Assembly (NCBI GenBank): GCA_040757295.1
Contig: JBFLXH010000009.1
Location: 3,800-67,799, forward strand
Reading direction: 5' to 3'
Source of the DNA: Bacillota bacterium
GTDB lineage: Bacteria > Bacillota > PH28-bin88
DNA length: 64,000 nt
The notes under the pieces were generated by a model, which was not told where the DNA came from, searched no databases, and worked only from the letters and a program-made list of their open reading frames with translations. The position numbers were made by a program, and so were the translations under genes. Below are positions 30,073 to 42,209 of this stretch, one piece after another (position 1 is the first letter of the stretch; every line of letters starts with the position of its first letter).

Positions 30073-31354
30073 AAACGGCAGGGTTATCGATCCGGCCAAT
30101 AAGCTGAACAAGCCATTTGATGTCAGGGTATCCCGGGGAGTGATCACCCAGATAGGTTCGAATTTGCCGGCAGAAAATGGGGAGCGAGTGTTGGATGTTG
30201 CAGGCTGCGTAGTAGTGCCGGGCCTGGTCGATATGCATGTTCACCTGCGGGAGCCTGGTTTTGAGGGTAAAGAGACCATTCATACCGGCACCAGGGCGGC
30301 CGCTATGGGTGGATTTACTGCTGTGGCAGCCATGCCCAATACCCAACCGGTGGTTGACAACCAGGCCATGGTCAGGTTTGTGCTGGAAAAGGGCCGGAGC
30401 GAAGGGTTGGTGCCTGTCTTGCCAATTGGGGCAATTACCAAGGGGATTAAAGGCGAGGAACTGGCTGAAATTGGGGAAATGGTGGAGGCCGGAGCGGTAG
30501 CCTTTTCTGATGATGGTAAGACTGTTGCATCCTCAGCCCTGATGCGCCGGGCTATGGATTACAGCAAAATGTGGGATAAACCCATCATTTGCCACTGTGA
30601 AGACCTGTCTTTGGCTGCGGAGGGAGTCATGCATGAAGGATATTATTCCATGCTCCTTGGCTTAAAAGGTATTCCTGCCGCTTCAGAGGATATTATGGTG
30701 GCCAGGGATATCATCTTGGCTGAAACCACAGGGGCTCAGATCCACATTGCCCATGTCAGCACAGCCGGCAGCGTTCGCCTGATCAGGGAAGCCAAGGCTC
30801 GGGGAGTGAAAGTAACCGCTGAGGCGGCCCCCCACCATTTCAGCCTCACAGACCGGGCAGTGGAGGGTTATGATACCAGTACCAAAGTGAACCCGCCCTT
30901 AAGGAGCGAGGAACATGTGGCTGAAGTACTACTGGGCTTAAAAGATGGTACCATCGATGCAATTGCAACGGATCATGCTCCCCATGCCCTTGAAGAAAAA
31001 GATGTAGAGTATGATTATGCGCCTTTTGGAATTATCGGTCTGGAAACGGCAGTTCCCCTGGCAGTCACTTATCTGATCGAACCGGGATATGCATCCTGGG
31101 CCCAGGTGGTTAACCTTCTTTCTTTAAATCCTGCCAGGATTTTGGGTCTCTCACGGAGCCTGGCTGTAGGGAGCATTGCAGATATCACCGTGGTTAACCC
31201 GCAGATGGAAAAGACAGTTGACCCCCAAACCTTTGTCAGCAAGGCCAGGAATACGCCTTTTGCAGGGAAGGTCTTACGGGGTTGGCCAGTGGCAACTATA
31301 GTTAGAGGCCGTTTGGTAATGGAAAACGGCAAACTGCTGGAAGGGGAGAATTGA
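30056..31354 (+). CDS. pyrC: Dihydroorotase
   Basis: Metal-binding '[10 protein letters not shown]', 'HIAHVSTA' and 'DHAPH' (class I DHOase). Confidence 0.9.
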   Translation: MELLLKNGRVIDPANKLNKPFDVRVSRGVITQIGSNLPAENGERVLDVAGCVVVPGLVDMHVHLREPGFEGKETIHTGTRAAAMGGFTAVAAMPNTQPVVDNQAMVRFVLEKGRSEGLVPVLPIGAITKGIKGEELAEIGEMVEAGAVAFSDDGKTVASSALMRRAMDYSKMWDKPIICHCEDLSLAAEGVMHEGYYSMLLGLKGIPAASEDIMVARDIILAETTGAQIHIAHVSTAGSVRLIREAKARGVKVTAEAAPHHFSLTDRAVEGYDTSTKVNPPLRSEEHVAEVLLGLKDGTIDAIATDHAPHALEEKDVEYDYAPFGIIGLETAVPLAVTYLIEPGYASWAQVVNLLSLNPARILGLSRSLAVGSIADITVVNPQMEKTVDPQTFVSKARNTPFAGKVLRGWPVATIVRGRLVMENGKLLEGEN

Positions 31355-31355
31355 T

Positions 31356-32435
31356 ATGAAGGCCTTCTTGGTACTGGAAGATGGAACCCTTTTTTCAGGT
31401 GAAGGGTTTGGCGCCGCAGGGAAGCATATCGGGGAAGTGGTTTTCAACACCAGCATGACCGGCTACCAGGAAGTAATCAGCGATCCGTCCTATTGCAGCC
31501 AAATTATTACTATGACTTATCCTTTGATTGGCAACTACGGCATTAATGATGCTGACATGGAATCAACCACCACCCACCTGGGTGGTTTGATTGTGCACCG
31601 GCTAGCTGAAATGCCCAACAACTGGCGGGCGAAAACAGGTTTAAGCGAATTCCTGGCTGACCGGGGTGTGATCGGTTTGCAGGGAATTGATACCAGGGCC
31701 CTGGCCAAGAAACTGCGCCAGCGGGGTACCATGATGGGAATAATTGCCGCTGGCAGCTATAAAGCCACAGATCTATTGGAGGAAGTCAGGACAGCAGATG
31801 CAAAGCCTCATCCCTCTCCAGTTTACCGGGTCACCACCCTCGCCCCCTATACTCTCCATGGTTCCGGTTATCATGTGGCAGTGGTTGACTTTGGTGTTAA
31901 GCAAAATATTATTAGGAGCCTGATGGCCCATGGCTGTAAGGTTACCGTTTTTCCTGCCGCTACTTCAGCTGCTGAAGTTTTAGGCTGCCAGCCGGACGGG
32001 GTGCTGTTGTCGAACGGTCCCGGTGATCCGAAAAAGGTCACCGGCGCTGTCACCACCATCCGGGAACTCTTGGGAAGGGTGCCTATTTTCGGGATCTGTT
32101 TAGGCCACCAGCTTTTAGGACTGGCCATGGGCGGCGATACTTATAAGCTGCCCTACGGCCATAGGGGCGCTAATCATCCGGTAAAAGACCTGCAGACCGG
32201 CCGGGTTTATATCACTTCCCAAAATCACGGATATGCCCTTGTCCCGGACAGCCTAAGGGGCAACGATGTGGAAATAACCCATGTAAACCTAAACGACGGG
32301 ACCGTTGAGGGAATTAAGAATCGTTTCGTGCCGGCTTTTTCCGTACAGTACCACCCGGAAGCCTGGCCCGGGCCGGAAGACTCCCGTTACCTGTTCGACA
32401 GCTTTATGGGGTTAATTCGCCAGAGCAAACACTAG
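31356..32435 (+). CDS. carA: Carbamoyl-phosphate synthase small (glutaminase) subunit
   Basis: Class-I glutamine amidotransferase triad region 'GICLGHQLL'. 359 aa. Confidence 0.9.
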   Translation: MKAFLVLEDGTLFSGEGFGAAGKHIGEVVFNTSMTGYQEVISDPSYCSQIITMTYPLIGNYGINDADMESTTTHLGGLIVHRLAEMPNNWRAKTGLSEFLADRGVIGLQGIDTRALAKKLRQRGTMMGIIAAGSYKATDLLEEVRTADAKPHPSPVYRVTTLAPYTLHGSGYHVAVVDFGVKQNIIRSLMAHGCKVTVFPAATSAAEVLGCQPDGVLLSNGPGDPKKVTGAVTTIRELLGRVPIFGICLGHQLLGLAMGGDTYKLPYGHRGANHPVKDLQTGRVYITSQNHGYALVPDSLRGNDVEITHVNLNDGTVEGIKNRFVPAFSVQYHPEAWPGPEDSRYLFDSFMGLIRQSKH

Positions 32436-32478
32436 AAATTGCGCCGGAGAATCCGGTATAGGGAAAAGGAGGAGCAAA

Positions 32479-35400
32479 GTGCCCATAAAAAAGGACTTGC
32501 GTAAAGTGTTGGTGATTGGCTCGGGGCCGATCATCATTGGCCAAGCGGCAGAGTTTGATTATGCTGGGACCCAGGCCTGCAAGGCTCTGCGAGAGGAGGG
32601 CCTGGAGGTTATACTTGTAAACAGCAACCCTGCCACCATCATGACCGATAAAGATACGGCAGACCGCACTTATATCGAACCGCTGACACCAGAGTTTTTG
32701 GCCAGAATTATTGCATTGGAGAAACCCGATGGGCTGGTTGCTACCTTGGGCGGTCAGGTGGGCCTTAATCTGGCCATGGAACTGGCAGCTTCCGGTGTTC
32801 TGGGCGAACATGGTGTAGAGCTTTTGGGCACGCCCCTCACTGCCATTAAGAAAGCAGAGGACCGGGATCTGTTTAAAAAAACCATGGAAGAACTTAATGA
32901 ACCAATCCCGGAGAGCTGTATAGTAGAAAAGCTGGAAGAAGCCATTAGTTTTGCGGAACAGTTAGGGTACCCCCTGATTGTCCGTCCGGCTTATACCCTG
33001 GGCGGCACAGGCGGCGGGGTGGTTTCCAACCGGCAGGAGCTGGTTGAAACAGTTGCCAGAGGCTTAAAACACAGCCTGATTAACCAGGTCTTGGTAGAAC
33101 GCTCAGTAGCGGGCTGGAAGGAGATTGAGTATGAAGTAATTCGCGATGTTGCTGACAACTGCATTACCGTCTGCAATATGGAAAATATTGACCCTGTGGG
33201 CATCCATACCGGAGACAGCATTGTCGTGGCTCCCTCCCAAACCCTGTCAGATAGGGAGCACCAAATGCTGCGCACCGCTTCCTTGAAGATAATCCGCGCT
33301 CTGGGTATCGAGGGCGGCTGCAACATTCAGTTTGCCCTTGATCCGGCTAGTTTCCAGTACTACGTTATTGAAGTAAACCCCCGAGTCAGCCGGTCAAGCG
33401 CTCTAGCCTCCAAGGCAACCGGTTACCCCATTGCCAAGGTCGCCGCTAAAATCGCTGTTGGTTACACCCTGGACGAAATAAAGAACTCAGTTACAGGGAA
33501 AACCTTCGCATGTTTTGAACCGGCTTTAGACTATGTTGTAGTGAAAATACCCCGGTTCCCCTTTGACAAATTCGCCTCTGCTGACCGTTCTTTAGGTACT
33601 CAAATGAAGGCTACCGGCGAAGTGATGGCGATCGGGCGGACTTTGGAGGCCGCCCTGTTAAAAGCTATCCGATCCCTGGAGATCGGTGTTGATAGCCTTT
33701 TCTATCCCGGCTTGGCCGATCTGCCGGCAGATCTGCTGGAAGCAAAATTGAAAACTAAGGACGACATGCGCCTATTTGTTATTGCTGAAGCCATGCGCCG
33801 GGGCCTAGCCATCGAAAGGGTGGCAGAGCTTACAGCCCTGGATAAATTCTTCCTGGGTAAAATCGCTAACATTATTAAAATGGAAGAAAAACTGCAAAGA
33901 GCCGGGCAGCATCTCTCTATTGAATTAATCCAGGAGGCTAAAACAATGGGATTTGCTGACAGCCGCATCGCTGCTATTACTGCCCTGCCGGAAGGCCATA
34001 TCAAGGAATTGCGCATAAGCCATGGGATTAAGCCGGTTTTCAAGATGGTTGACACCTGCGCTGCTGAGTTTGAGGCAGCTACCCCTTATTATTACTCAGC
34101 CTATGATCAAGAAGATGAAACAATGGTACCCTCTGGCCGGAAAATCATTGTGCTGGGATCAGGCCCGATCAGAATCGGGCAGGGCATCGAATTTGACTAT
34201 TGCTCCGTTCATTCGGTCCTGGCCCTTAGAGAAGCAGGGATCCAAGCTGTTATTGTCAACAATAACCCTGAAACCGTAAGCACTGATTTTGATACGGGAG
34301 ACAGGCTTTATTTTGAACCTTTGACTGCGGAAGATGTGATTCATGTGCTTGAAAAAGAAAACCCGGAAGGGGTTATCGTTCAGTTTGGCGGGCAGACAGC
34401 CATCAACCTGGCCAAGCCCCTGGCCGACGCCGGAGTACCCATTTTGGGTACCTCTGTAGAAAATATTGACCGGGCTGAAGACAGGGAGAAATTTGACCAG
34501 CTCTTGCAGGAGCTAGGTATCCCCAGACCCCCCGGTCAGACAGTGCTGACCATGGAAGAGGCTGTGGCGGCTGCCCAACGGATAGGTTACCCGGTGCTGG
34601 TACGGCCATCCTATGTCCTGGGGGGGCGGGCTATGGAGATCGTCTATAGCCAGGAGGAACTGGTATCTTATATGACTGCGGCAGCCAGAATTTCTCCTAA
34701 CCACCCCGTCCTAGTTGACAAATACTTCAAGGGAAAAGAGATTGAGGTTGACGCTATTTCCGACGGTGAGGAAATCCTCATCCCGGGAATAATGGAGCAT
34801 ATCGAACGGGCCGGGATTCACTCCGGGGACAGTACAGCCGTCTATCCGGCCCAATCCTTGTCTCCGGCCCTTGTTGCCCAAGTTGTGGAGTATACGGAAA
34901 AACTGGCAAAAGCCCTGCGGGTAAAAGGCCTCATCAATATCCAATTTGTAGTTTTCGAGGACCAGGTGTTTGTACTGGAGGTCAACCCCCGCTCCAGCCG
35001 GACGGTACCTTATATGAGCAAAATAACGGGTATCCCGGTGGTTAAGCTGGCCACCAGGGTCATCTTAGGCCAAAGGCTGCGGGAAGCGGGTTACGGAGTG
35101 GGGCTCAGCCCTGCCCCTCCGCTGGTTTCCGTAAAAGCGCCGGTATTTTCCTTCGGCAAGCTGGTCCAGGTGGATACTTCCCTCGGGCCCGAAATGAAAT
35201 CTACCGGAGAGGTGATGGGTGTGGGCACAACCCTGGCCAGCGCCCTTTATAAAGGCTTGGTAGCTGCTGGTTGCCGGGTACCCGCAAAAGGGAACATCCT
35301 GGCAACCATAGCCGATAAGGACAAAAAAGAGGCATTACCCCTTTTAAAAGGTTTTTACGATCTAGGTTTTCGCATCTTAGCCACCGCCGGAACAGCCGCA

Positions 35401-35691
35401 GCCTTGGCCCACGCTGGAATTCCCGCTGAAACTGTTAACAAGATTAGAGAAGGTTCTCCCCATATGGTGGATGTCATCCGGGCAGGCCGGGTGCACCTGG
35501 TTGTTAATACTATGACAAAAGGCCGGGCTCCTGAACGCGACGGGTTCCAAATCCGCCGAGCGGCAGTGGAACATGGAATTCCTTGCCTAACTTCTCTGGA
35601 TACCGTGGCAATGCTGATAGAGGTAATGACTTCCCTGCAAGAGGGGCATGACCTTGAAGTCTTCTCCGTTCAGCAGTACCTGCCACATTAA
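32479..35691 (+). CDS. carB: Carbamoyl-phosphate synthase large subunit
   Basis: 1070 aa with two ATP-grasp halves, each beginning '[20 protein letters not shown]' / '[20 protein letters not shown]'. C-terminal MGS-like domain. Confidence 0.95.
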   Translation: MPIKKDLRKVLVIGSGPIIIGQAAEFDYAGTQACKALREEGLEVILVNSNPATIMTDKDTADRTYIEPLTPEFLARIIALEKPDGLVATLGGQVGLNLAMELAASGVLGEHGVELLGTPLTAIKKAEDRDLFKKTMEELNEPIPESCIVEKLEEAISFAEQLGYPLIVRPAYTLGGTGGGVVSNRQELVETVARGLKHSLINQVLVERSVAGWKEIEYEVIRDVADNCITVCNMENIDPVGIHTGDSIVVAPSQTLSDREHQMLRTASLKIIRALGIEGGCNIQFALDPASFQYYVIEVNPRVSRSSALASKATGYPIAKVAAKIAVGYTLDEIKNSVTGKTFACFEPALDYVVVKIPRFPFDKFASADRSLGTQMKATGEVMAIGRTLEAALLKAIRSLEIGVDSLFYPGLADLPADLLEAKLKTKDDMRLFVIAEAMRRGLAIERVAELTALDKFFLGKIANIIKMEEKLQRAGQHLSIELIQEAKTMGFADSRIAAITALPEGHIKELRISHGIKPVFKMVDTCAAEFEAATPYYYSAYDQEDETMVPSGRKIIVLGSGPIRIGQGIEFDYCSVHSVLALREAGIQAVIVNNNPETVSTDFDTGDRLYFEPLTAEDVIHVLEKENPEGVIVQFGGQTAINLAKPLADAGVPILGTSVENIDRAEDREKFDQLLQELGIPRPPGQTVLTMEEAVAAAQRIGYPVLVRPSYVLGGRAMEIVYSQEELVSYMTAAARISPNHPVLVDKYFKGKEIEVDAISDGEEILIPGIMEHIERAGIHSGDSTAVYPAQSLSPALVAQVVEYTEKLAKALRVKGLINIQFVVFEDQVFVLEVNPRSSRTVPYMSKITGIPVVKLATRVILGQRLREAGYGVGLSPAPPLVSVKAPVFSFGKLVQVDTSLGPEMKSTGEVMGVGTTLASALYKGLVAAGCRVPAKGNILATIADKDKKEALPLLKGFYDLGFRILATAGTAAALAHAGIPAETVNKIREGSPHMVDVIRAGRVHLVVNTMTKGRAPERDGFQIRRAAVEHGIPCLTSLDTVAMLIEVMTSLQEGHDLEVFSVQQYLPH

Positions 35692-35712
35692 TAAAAAAAG
35701 GAGGGAGTACCA

Positions 35713-36423
35713 ATAAAGTCCAAGCAAAGAATAATTATCGCCCTTGATGTAGATACAGTATACCAGGTGGAAAGACTAGTTAACCTCTTTGGGAATCAAG
35801 TTGGGATGTTCAAGATTGGGCTGCAGTTAATCCATAACTTGGGGCCATCGGTAATTGACCTTGTTCACCAGCGGGGCGGAAAGGTCTTTGCAGATTTTAA
35901 ATTTCACGACATTCCCAACACAGTTGCCCAGGCTTCCCGGGCTATCACCCGTAAGGGTGTAGCAATGTTCAACCTGCATGCCTCCGGTGGAAGGGAGATG
36001 CTCCAGGCCGGGGCGCAGGCTGCGGCAATGGAAGCAGCCAAACTGGGTATTCCTTCTCCCATGGTCCTTGCGGTGACGGTACTGACAAGCTGGAACCAGA
36101 CAGCCTTTTCCCAGGAGACAGGCATTGCCAAACCCATCTCCCAGGTTGTTAAAGACTGGAGCCAGTTAGCCCAGGAGGCCGGCCTGCATGGGGTAGTGGC
36201 CTCTCCTTGGGAAATCCGGGCAGTGCGGGAAAGCTGCGGGGAGGATTTTCTAGTGGTGACCCCCGGGGTGCGGCCGCTTGGCGCCAGCCAGGACGACCAG
36301 CAGCGGGTAATGACGCCAACCGAGGCAGTTCAGGCCGGGGCCAGCTACCTGGTCATTGGCCGCCCGGTGACCGCTGCGCCTGATCCTGCCGCCGCCCTGG
36401 AGTCCATCCTAGCCACCCTTTAA
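35713..36423 (+). CDS. pyrF: Orotidine-5'-phosphate decarboxylase (apparent non-canonical ATA start, or ORF-track GTG start at 35767 that would remove an essential motif)
   Basis: 'KSKQRIIIALDVDTV' contains the essential substrate-binding ALD motif and lies upstream of the first canonical start (GTG 35767). AGGAGGGAG lies 8 nt before ATA 35713. Confidence 0.7.
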   Translation: MKSKQRIIIALDVDTVYQVERLVNLFGNQVGMFKIGLQLIHNLGPSVIDLVHQRGGKVFADFKFHDIPNTVAQASRAITRKGVAMFNLHASGGREMLQAGAQAAAMEAAKLGIPSPMVLAVTVLTSWNQTAFSQETGIAKPISQVVKDWSQLAQEAGLHGVVASPWEIRAVRESCGEDFLVVTPGVRPLGASQDDQQRVMTPTEAVQAGASYLVIGRPVTAAPDPAAALESILATL

Positions 36424-36436
36424 ACAAAAACAGAGA

Positions 36437-36462
36437 AGCCGGGGGAGTTCCCCGGCTTTTTA
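36437..36462. terminator. Bidirectional intrinsic terminator between pyrF and convergent rqcH
   Basis: gccggggg-agtt-ccccggc followed by T5. Confidence 0.6.
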
Positions 36463-38253
36463 GTCTCTAATGCCCAGGCTTTTAATGATTTCCGCGTCTG
36501 GCGTTACATAAAGGGTTTTATGGTGATCGTAAATAACCATGCCCGGTTTGCCGCCTTTTAACTTGCGGACATGCTTGGCCAGGGTGTAATCAACCGGAAC
36601 ATTGGCTGAATTGCGGGCCTTGCTGAAATATGCAGCCAGCATGGCCGCGAGGTGCAAGGTATCAGGAGGCAGGTCAGCCTTTTCAGATCGCACCACCACA
36701 TGGGAGCCGGGAACATCCTTGGCATGAAACCAAAAATCCCTTTCCCTGGCCCACTTTAGAGAAAGGTACTCATTCTGCAGATTATTCCGGCCAACCATAA
36801 TGGCCAATCCGTCTCTTGACTCCACTTCCCATGGCCTGCTTATTTCCTCTTTTGGCGCCGTTTTCTGACCAGGTTTCTGGGCCTTGGCCTTTATTAGGCC
36901 GGCTTTTTCCATTTCCTGCTGGATTTCCGCCAGGTCGGCAGGTTCGGCGGCTTGGGAAACAGCGAATAGGAGGCTGTCAATATATTGAGCTTCCAGCCGG
37001 GATTTTGCCATTTGCTCCTCGGCCTGTACGGCAGCATTTTTGGCTTTAGCGTACTTTTTGTAATACCACTGGGCATTTTCCGCCGGGGTTAAATGGGGGT
37101 TTAAAACAATCTTGATTAAAGGACTCTCCGGCTGATAGTAATTATCCAGTTCCACTTCAGCCTTCCCTCTGGGGATTTGATGCATATAGGTTGTGAGCAG
37201 TTCTCCCTTCAGGCGAAATTCGTCAGCATTTCCAGCCTGGCGCAGATCTTCCTCCTGTAATTCCAGCTTCTTATCAACCCGCTTTGCTTCCTTTGTCAAA
37301 ACTGAGTTCAGGTGGTTTCGCGCCTGGTTTATTTTTTCGGCTGCCATTTTCCCGGCATAAAAAGCATCGATGGTATGGCTCATGGATGGAAAGTGTTTTT
37401 TCCTCAGCCCCTCATACTGGAGGAGATCAAAGGCTGCGTATGCCACTGGGTTTTTGGGGTCTCCCACTAGGGTAGGATAAAAATTGTTCTCTTCTGCAGC
37501 GACGGCAAACTTTTTGATCTTTTTCCACACAAGCCTTAGTTCCAGTTGACCGCATTGATCAACAGTCAGATCCTGGGGTAAGCCGGCGGAAACCACTGCT
37601 TCCCGGGCTAACAAGGGGCTAAATCCAGCCATGTGTTCAGCTAAAACCTTAACCAATTGGTCAGCAAGAGACCCTGTGAGAACATTATGAAAGAAATGTT
37701 CTTCATCAAGGATGGCCGGGTCCAGCTTTGTCTGGGCTGGCGGGTCTACATAGGGCCGCCCGGGTAGGACTTCCCTGTGACGGCTTACAGCATGGGAATA
37801 ACGCTTAATACCGTCAAGGATAATATTGGTGTCTTTATCAAGTAGAATGATGTTGCTGTGTCTGCCCATCACTTCACATACTAAAACCTTCTCTTGCCAC
37901 CTGCCCAACTCGTCATAGGCAAGAACCCTTAGGCGCAACAACCGTTCCCAGCGGGGCTGTTCGACCTCAACAATCCTGCCGCCCTCTAGGTGTTTGCGTA
38001 AAACCATACAAAACATCGGAGGGGTGGCAGGGTTTTCCGTCTCCTGCTCGGTCAGGTGCACTCTGGCATGAACCGCATGGCTGGACAACAGCAGTCTTTT
38101 GTTTGCTTTATTCTGTCGGATATAGAGTACCAGGGTATCTTCCGAGGGTTGGTAGACCCGGTTAATCTTGCCATCAATCAACTGGTGATTAAGTTCTGCA
38201 GCAATAGCAGCCATGACAAATCCATCAAATGCCATTGAAGTACATCCTTTCAA
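36460..38253 (-). CDS. rqcH: RqcH / NFACT-family ribosome quality control protein (FbpA-like)
   Basis: N-terminus 'MAFDGFVMAAIAAELNHQLIDGKINRVYQP' (NFACT-N) and 597 aa with NFACT-R/DUF814. Probable true start at ATG 38235. Confidence 0.85.
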   Translation of the reverse strand: MKGCTSMAFDGFVMAAIAAELNHQLIDGKINRVYQPSEDTLVLYIRQNKANKRLLLSSHAVHARVHLTEQETENPATPPMFCMVLRKHLEGGRIVEVEQPRWERLLRLRVLAYDELGRWQEKVLVCEVMGRHSNIILLDKDTNIILDGIKRYSHAVSRHREVLPGRPYVDPPAQTKLDPAILDEEHFFHNVLTGSLADQLVKVLAEHMAGFSPLLAREAVVSAGLPQDLTVDQCGQLELRLVWKKIKKFAVAAEENNFYPTLVGDPKNPVAYAAFDLLQYEGLRKKHFPSMSHTIDAFYAGKMAAEKINQARNHLNSVLTKEAKRVDKKLELQEEDLRQAGNADEFRLKGELLTTYMHQIPRGKAEVELDNYYQPESPLIKIVLNPHLTPAENAQWYYKKYAKAKNAAVQAEEQMAKSRLEAQYIDSLLFAVSQAAEPADLAEIQQEMEKAGLIKAKAQKPGQKTAPKEEISRPWEVESRDGLAIMVGRNNLQNEYLSLKWARERDFWFHAKDVPGSHVVVRSEKADLPPDTLHLAAMLAAYFSKARNSANVPVDYTLAKHVRKLKGGKPGMVIYDHHKTLYVTPDAEIIKSLGIRD

Positions 38254-38385
38254 AAAAACATGACAACATCCAGTATAGCATTCACTTCTTCTTGAAGCAA
38301 TTTACAGAAGGACTGCATTTTTTCCTGATGGTAGGCATACCCATTTTAAGGGAGCAACTACCATTGTAGGGAGGAGCGGGCAATA

Positions 38386-41139
38386 ATGCAAAAACAAGGA
38401 TGGCATTGCTTATTTCCAGGCAAAGCCTTGGAGATATTAGGCACCGACTCTGAACATGGCCTTTCCGCTGCTGTTGCTGAACAGAGACTACAGCGCTTCG
38501 GACCTAATCAATTGGAGCAGCGCAAGGGCATCTCCCCATGGCAGGTGCTGGTTAACCAATTTAAAGACTTTATGGTGGTTGTTTTGTTGGCGGCAACGGC
38601 GATATCCGGATTCATGGGTGAAGTAGCTGATGCTTTTACTATTATGGCCATTGTCATATTTAATGCTGTGTTAGGCTTTGTTCAGGAATATAAAGCGGAA
38701 AAATCAATGGAGGCCCTGCAGCGAATAACAGCTCCGGAAGCTGTGGTATTGCGGGATGGCCTGGAGCTTACTGTGCCTGCCAGCTCCCTGGTGCCTGGGG
38801 ATATAATTCTGTTGGACACAGGCAACCGGGTGCCGGCTGATGCCCGGCTCCTGCAAACAGCTTCCTTGGAAGTGGAAGAATCTATGCTAACCGGGGAATC
38901 CGTGCCGGTGCGGAAACAACATGACCTCCTGCTGGCGGAGAACGCAAACCTGGGCGACCGCAGGAATATGGTCTTTATGGGCACTGTAGTTACCAGGGGC
39001 CGAGCCAAAGCGCTGGTAGTGGCCACTGCCATGGCCACAGAAATGGGCCAGATTTTTGGTCTCCTACAACAGGCTGCTGCTGAGCCAACCCCTTTACAGC
39101 GCCGTCTTGATCACCTGGGCCGCTGGCTGGTTGGCCTCTGCCTGATTATCTGTGGAATAGTGGTTGTGACAGGAGTTTTCCGGGGTGAGCCTCCCTACCA
39201 GATGTTTTTGGCCGGGGTTAGCTTGGCAGTGGCGGCAATCCCCGAGGGACTGCCGGCTATCGTCACCGTTTCTCTTGCCATTGGGGTGCAAAAAATGATC
39301 CGGAGAAGGGCCATTATCCGGAAACTGCCAGCAGTGGAGACCTTAGGTTGTGCAACGGTAATTTGTTCGGATAAAACCGGTACGCTGACCCAGAATGAGA
39401 TGACCGTAACCCGTATATTAGTAGGGGACCGGCTCTTGGAGGTTTCCGGCAAAGGTTTTGAACCCAGAGGTGATTTCCTGGAACAGGATCGGTTAGTGCT
39501 CCCTAGAGAAGATAAGTGCCTTGCAACCCTCTTAACCATCTGCGCATTGTGCAATAATGCCCGCCTAAAAAGGTCCGGAATGGCTGTAACCGGCTTGTTC
39601 CGTTCAAAAAAAGAAGATTCCTGGCATTTAGCCGGAGATCCCACTGAAGGAGCCTTGCTGGTCGTGGCAGCCAAAGCAGGAATCTGGAGGGATAGTGTCG
39701 AAAAGGAGGTGCAGCGGCTTGCTGAACTGCCGTTTGACTCAGAACGCAAGCGGATGTCCGTAATCTATGGCAAACCGGGTCAGGCCGCCTGGCTTTATAC
39801 AAAAGGAGCACCGGATGTAATATTAAGCTTATGTGACCGGATTTACCTGAATAACAGGGAAAGGCCCCTTACGCCGGAATTGCGGCAAAAGGTCTTGCAG
39901 GTTAACGAGCAGCTGGCTGCCGGAGCTCTCCGCGTCCTTGGTATGGCATATAAGTCTTTGCCGGCGGGCAAAACGACCGGTGATGCTGAGCAGATGGAAA
40001 GAGATTTGGTCTTCGTAGGGCTTGCCGGCATGATCGACCCGCCCCGTCCGGCAGCGGTCAGGGCAGTACAGCACTGCCGCCAGGCCGGTATCAAGACGAT
40101 AATGATCACCGGCGACCACCCCTTGACAGCTCGGGCTATTGCCCGGGAATTAAACCTTCCGGCTGGCCCCGGCCAAGTGATGACAGGCCTGGAGCTGGAT
40201 CATCTGTCCGACGCCCAACTGACTGAAAGGGTTGAGGATGTCGCTGTCTTCGCCCGGGTATCACCAAAACATAAGCTGCGGATTGTGAAAGCCCTGAAAT
40301 CCTGCGGCCATGTAGTGGCCATGACCGGAGACGGCATCAACGATGCCCCGGCTGTCAAAGAGGCTGATATTGGTGTGGCCATGGGGAAGACTGGTACCGA
40401 TGTGACCAAAGAAGCCTCTGCCATGGTCTTGGCTGATGATAACTTTGCCACCATTGTTGCGGCTGTAGAAGAAGGCAGGGCTATCTATGATAATATTCGC
40501 AAGTTTATTCGCTATTTGCTGTCATGTAATATTGGGGAAGTATTGACAATGTTCCTGGTGACCCTGCTCGGTTACCCGATACCCCTTTTGCCCATTCAGA
40601 TCCTATGGGTAAACCTGGTGACAGACGGGTTCCCGGCCATGGCCCTTGGTGTCGACAAAGCGGACCCCGATATCATGCAGCGGCGTCCTCGACGGCCGCA
40701 GGAAAGTATCTTTGCCTACGGCTTGGGATGGAAAATACTATCAAGAGGAGTCTATATCGGAGCAGGCACCTCCTTGGTGTTTTTGTCAGCCCTTTTCCTG
40801 GGTAATGGGGACTTGGCCGTTGCCCGCACCATGGCTTTTTGCACCTTGGTTTTTTCCCAGCTCTTTCATGTTTTTGACTGCAAGTCGGAAAAGTATTCTG
40901 TTTTCCAATTAGGCTTTTTATCAAACCCGTACCTGGTAGCGGCAGCGGCCTGCTCTGTGGCTATGCAGCTTATTGTGGTTTACTGGCCTGTTTTCCAGTC
41001 CATCTTTAAAACCGTTCCGCTGAATGCTTTCCAATGGGGTATGATCTTGCTGGTGGCTGGCGGAAGTACCTTCTGCAAAGGGCTAGCTTACTATATACTG
41101 ATGCCGGTCAGGCGGCGCCTTGTGTACTTGCGGGCTTAG
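38386..41139 (+). CDS. P-type Ca2+-transporting ATPase (P2A, YloB-like)
   Basis: Phosphorylation motif 'DKTGTLT', 'TGES', hinge 'GDGINDAPA', and 10 TM segments. 917 aa. Confidence 0.9.
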   Translation: MQKQGWHCLFPGKALEILGTDSEHGLSAAVAEQRLQRFGPNQLEQRKGISPWQVLVNQFKDFMVVVLLAATAISGFMGEVADAFTIMAIVIFNAVLGFVQEYKAEKSMEALQRITAPEAVVLRDGLELTVPASSLVPGDIILLDTGNRVPADARLLQTASLEVEESMLTGESVPVRKQHDLLLAENANLGDRRNMVFMGTVVTRGRAKALVVATAMATEMGQIFGLLQQAAAEPTPLQRRLDHLGRWLVGLCLIICGIVVVTGVFRGEPPYQMFLAGVSLAVAAIPEGLPAIVTVSLAIGVQKMIRRRAIIRKLPAVETLGCATVICSDKTGTLTQNEMTVTRILVGDRLLEVSGKGFEPRGDFLEQDRLVLPREDKCLATLLTICALCNNARLKRSGMAVTGLFRSKKEDSWHLAGDPTEGALLVVAAKAGIWRDSVEKEVQRLAELPFDSERKRMSVIYGKPGQAAWLYTKGAPDVILSLCDRIYLNNRERPLTPELRQKVLQVNEQLAAGALRVLGMAYKSLPAGKTTGDAEQMERDLVFVGLAGMIDPPRPAAVRAVQHCRQAGIKTIMITGDHPLTARAIARELNLPAGPGQVMTGLELDHLSDAQLTERVEDVAVFARVSPKHKLRIVKALKSCGHVVAMTGDGINDAPAVKEADIGVAMGKTGTDVTKEASAMVLADDNFATIVAAVEEGRAIYDNIRKFIRYLLSCNIGEVLTMFLVTLLGYPIPLLPIQILWVNLVTDGFPAMALGVDKADPDIMQRRPRRPQESIFAYGLGWKILSRGVYIGAGTSLVFLSALFLGNGDLAVARTMAFCTLVFSQLFHVFDCKSEKYSVFQLGFLSNPYLVAAAACSVAMQLIVVYWPVFQSIFKTVPLNAFQWGMILLVAGGSTFCKGLAYYILMPVRRRLVYLRA

Positions 41140-41240
41140 GAATAATACTAGTGGGTGGAGCAGGAAATACTTTAATTAACTGCTTCCTGGAGATTCGCGA
41201 GCCTAAAAGATCAACAAACCACCTAAGGAGGTAGAAATAT

Positions 41241-42080
41241 TTGAAGTTCAGTAAAATGCATGGCCTGGGTAATGATTTCGTCATTGTTAACGGCCTGGTG
41301 GAAAAAAACCTGGGTAATTTGGAAGAGCTGGCCAGGCGGGTGTGCCACCGGAATTTTGGTGTCGGAGCCGACGGTTTGATCTTTGTTCTGCCCTCCGAAG
41401 AGGCAGATATCCGGATGCGGATTTTTAATTCCGATGGCAGCGAACCCGAAATGTGCGGGAATGGGATCCGTTGCTTTGCCAAATATGTTTATCAGGAAGG
41501 CATTGTCCCCAAAGAAATAATCCGTGTTGAGACCCTTGCCGGGATTATCGTGCCCAGACTGATCATCGAAGGCGCTACAATTTCCGGAATTCAGGTGGAT
41601 ATGGGGCCACCGGTCCTGGAACCGGATAAGATCCCCATGCGAGGTTTCGCTTCCGGTCCTGTAGTGGACGAGCCCCTGGAAATTGACGGGCAAACCTTGT
41701 CTATTACAGCAGTTTCCATGGGCAACCCTCACTGCGTTGTTTTTGTCCCTGATGTGGGCGCCGTTGCTTTTGACACCCTAGGGCCCAAACTGGAGACCCA
41801 TCCTGCCTTCCCACGGAAGACCAACGTGGAGTTTGTCCAGGTGAGCAACCAAGAACAGGTGAAAGTCCGGGTGTGGGAAAGGGGCGCCGGCCCAACCTTA
41901 GCCTGTGGGACCGGAGCATGTGCTGTGGCAGTTGCCGGGGCGCTTTCAGGCAGAACCGGTCGCCAGGTTACAGTCGGGCTGCCGGGAGGTGACCTGCAGA
42001 TTCTCTGGGATCAACAGGATAACAGGGTATACATGACGGGCCCAGCAGTAGAGGTCTTTCGGGGGGAATTCATTCTTTAG
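41241..42080 (+). CDS. dapF: Diaminopimelate epimerase
   Basis: 'KFSKMHGLGNDFVIV' and catalytic Cys contexts 'GNGIRCF' / 'GTGACA'. Confidence 0.9.
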   Translation: MKFSKMHGLGNDFVIVNGLVEKNLGNLEELARRVCHRNFGVGADGLIFVLPSEEADIRMRIFNSDGSEPEMCGNGIRCFAKYVYQEGIVPKEIIRVETLAGIIVPRLIIEGATISGIQVDMGPPVLEPDKIPMRGFASGPVVDEPLEIDGQTLSITAVSMGNPHCVVFVPDVGAVAFDTLGPKLETHPAFPRKTNVEFVQVSNQEQVKVRVWERGAGPTLACGTGACAVAVAGALSGRTGRQVTVGLPGGDLQILWDQQDNRVYMTGPAVEVFRGEFIL

Positions 42081-42209
42081 GCAGATTAACCGACAGATTC
42101 CGGCCGAGGTGATTGAACCCACCTCGGCCAAAAATTTGGAATTATTTTTGTCAAAACAATGAAATTATGGTATGTATATATAAAGCGCTTAATCCGAGGG
42201 GGAAACCAG

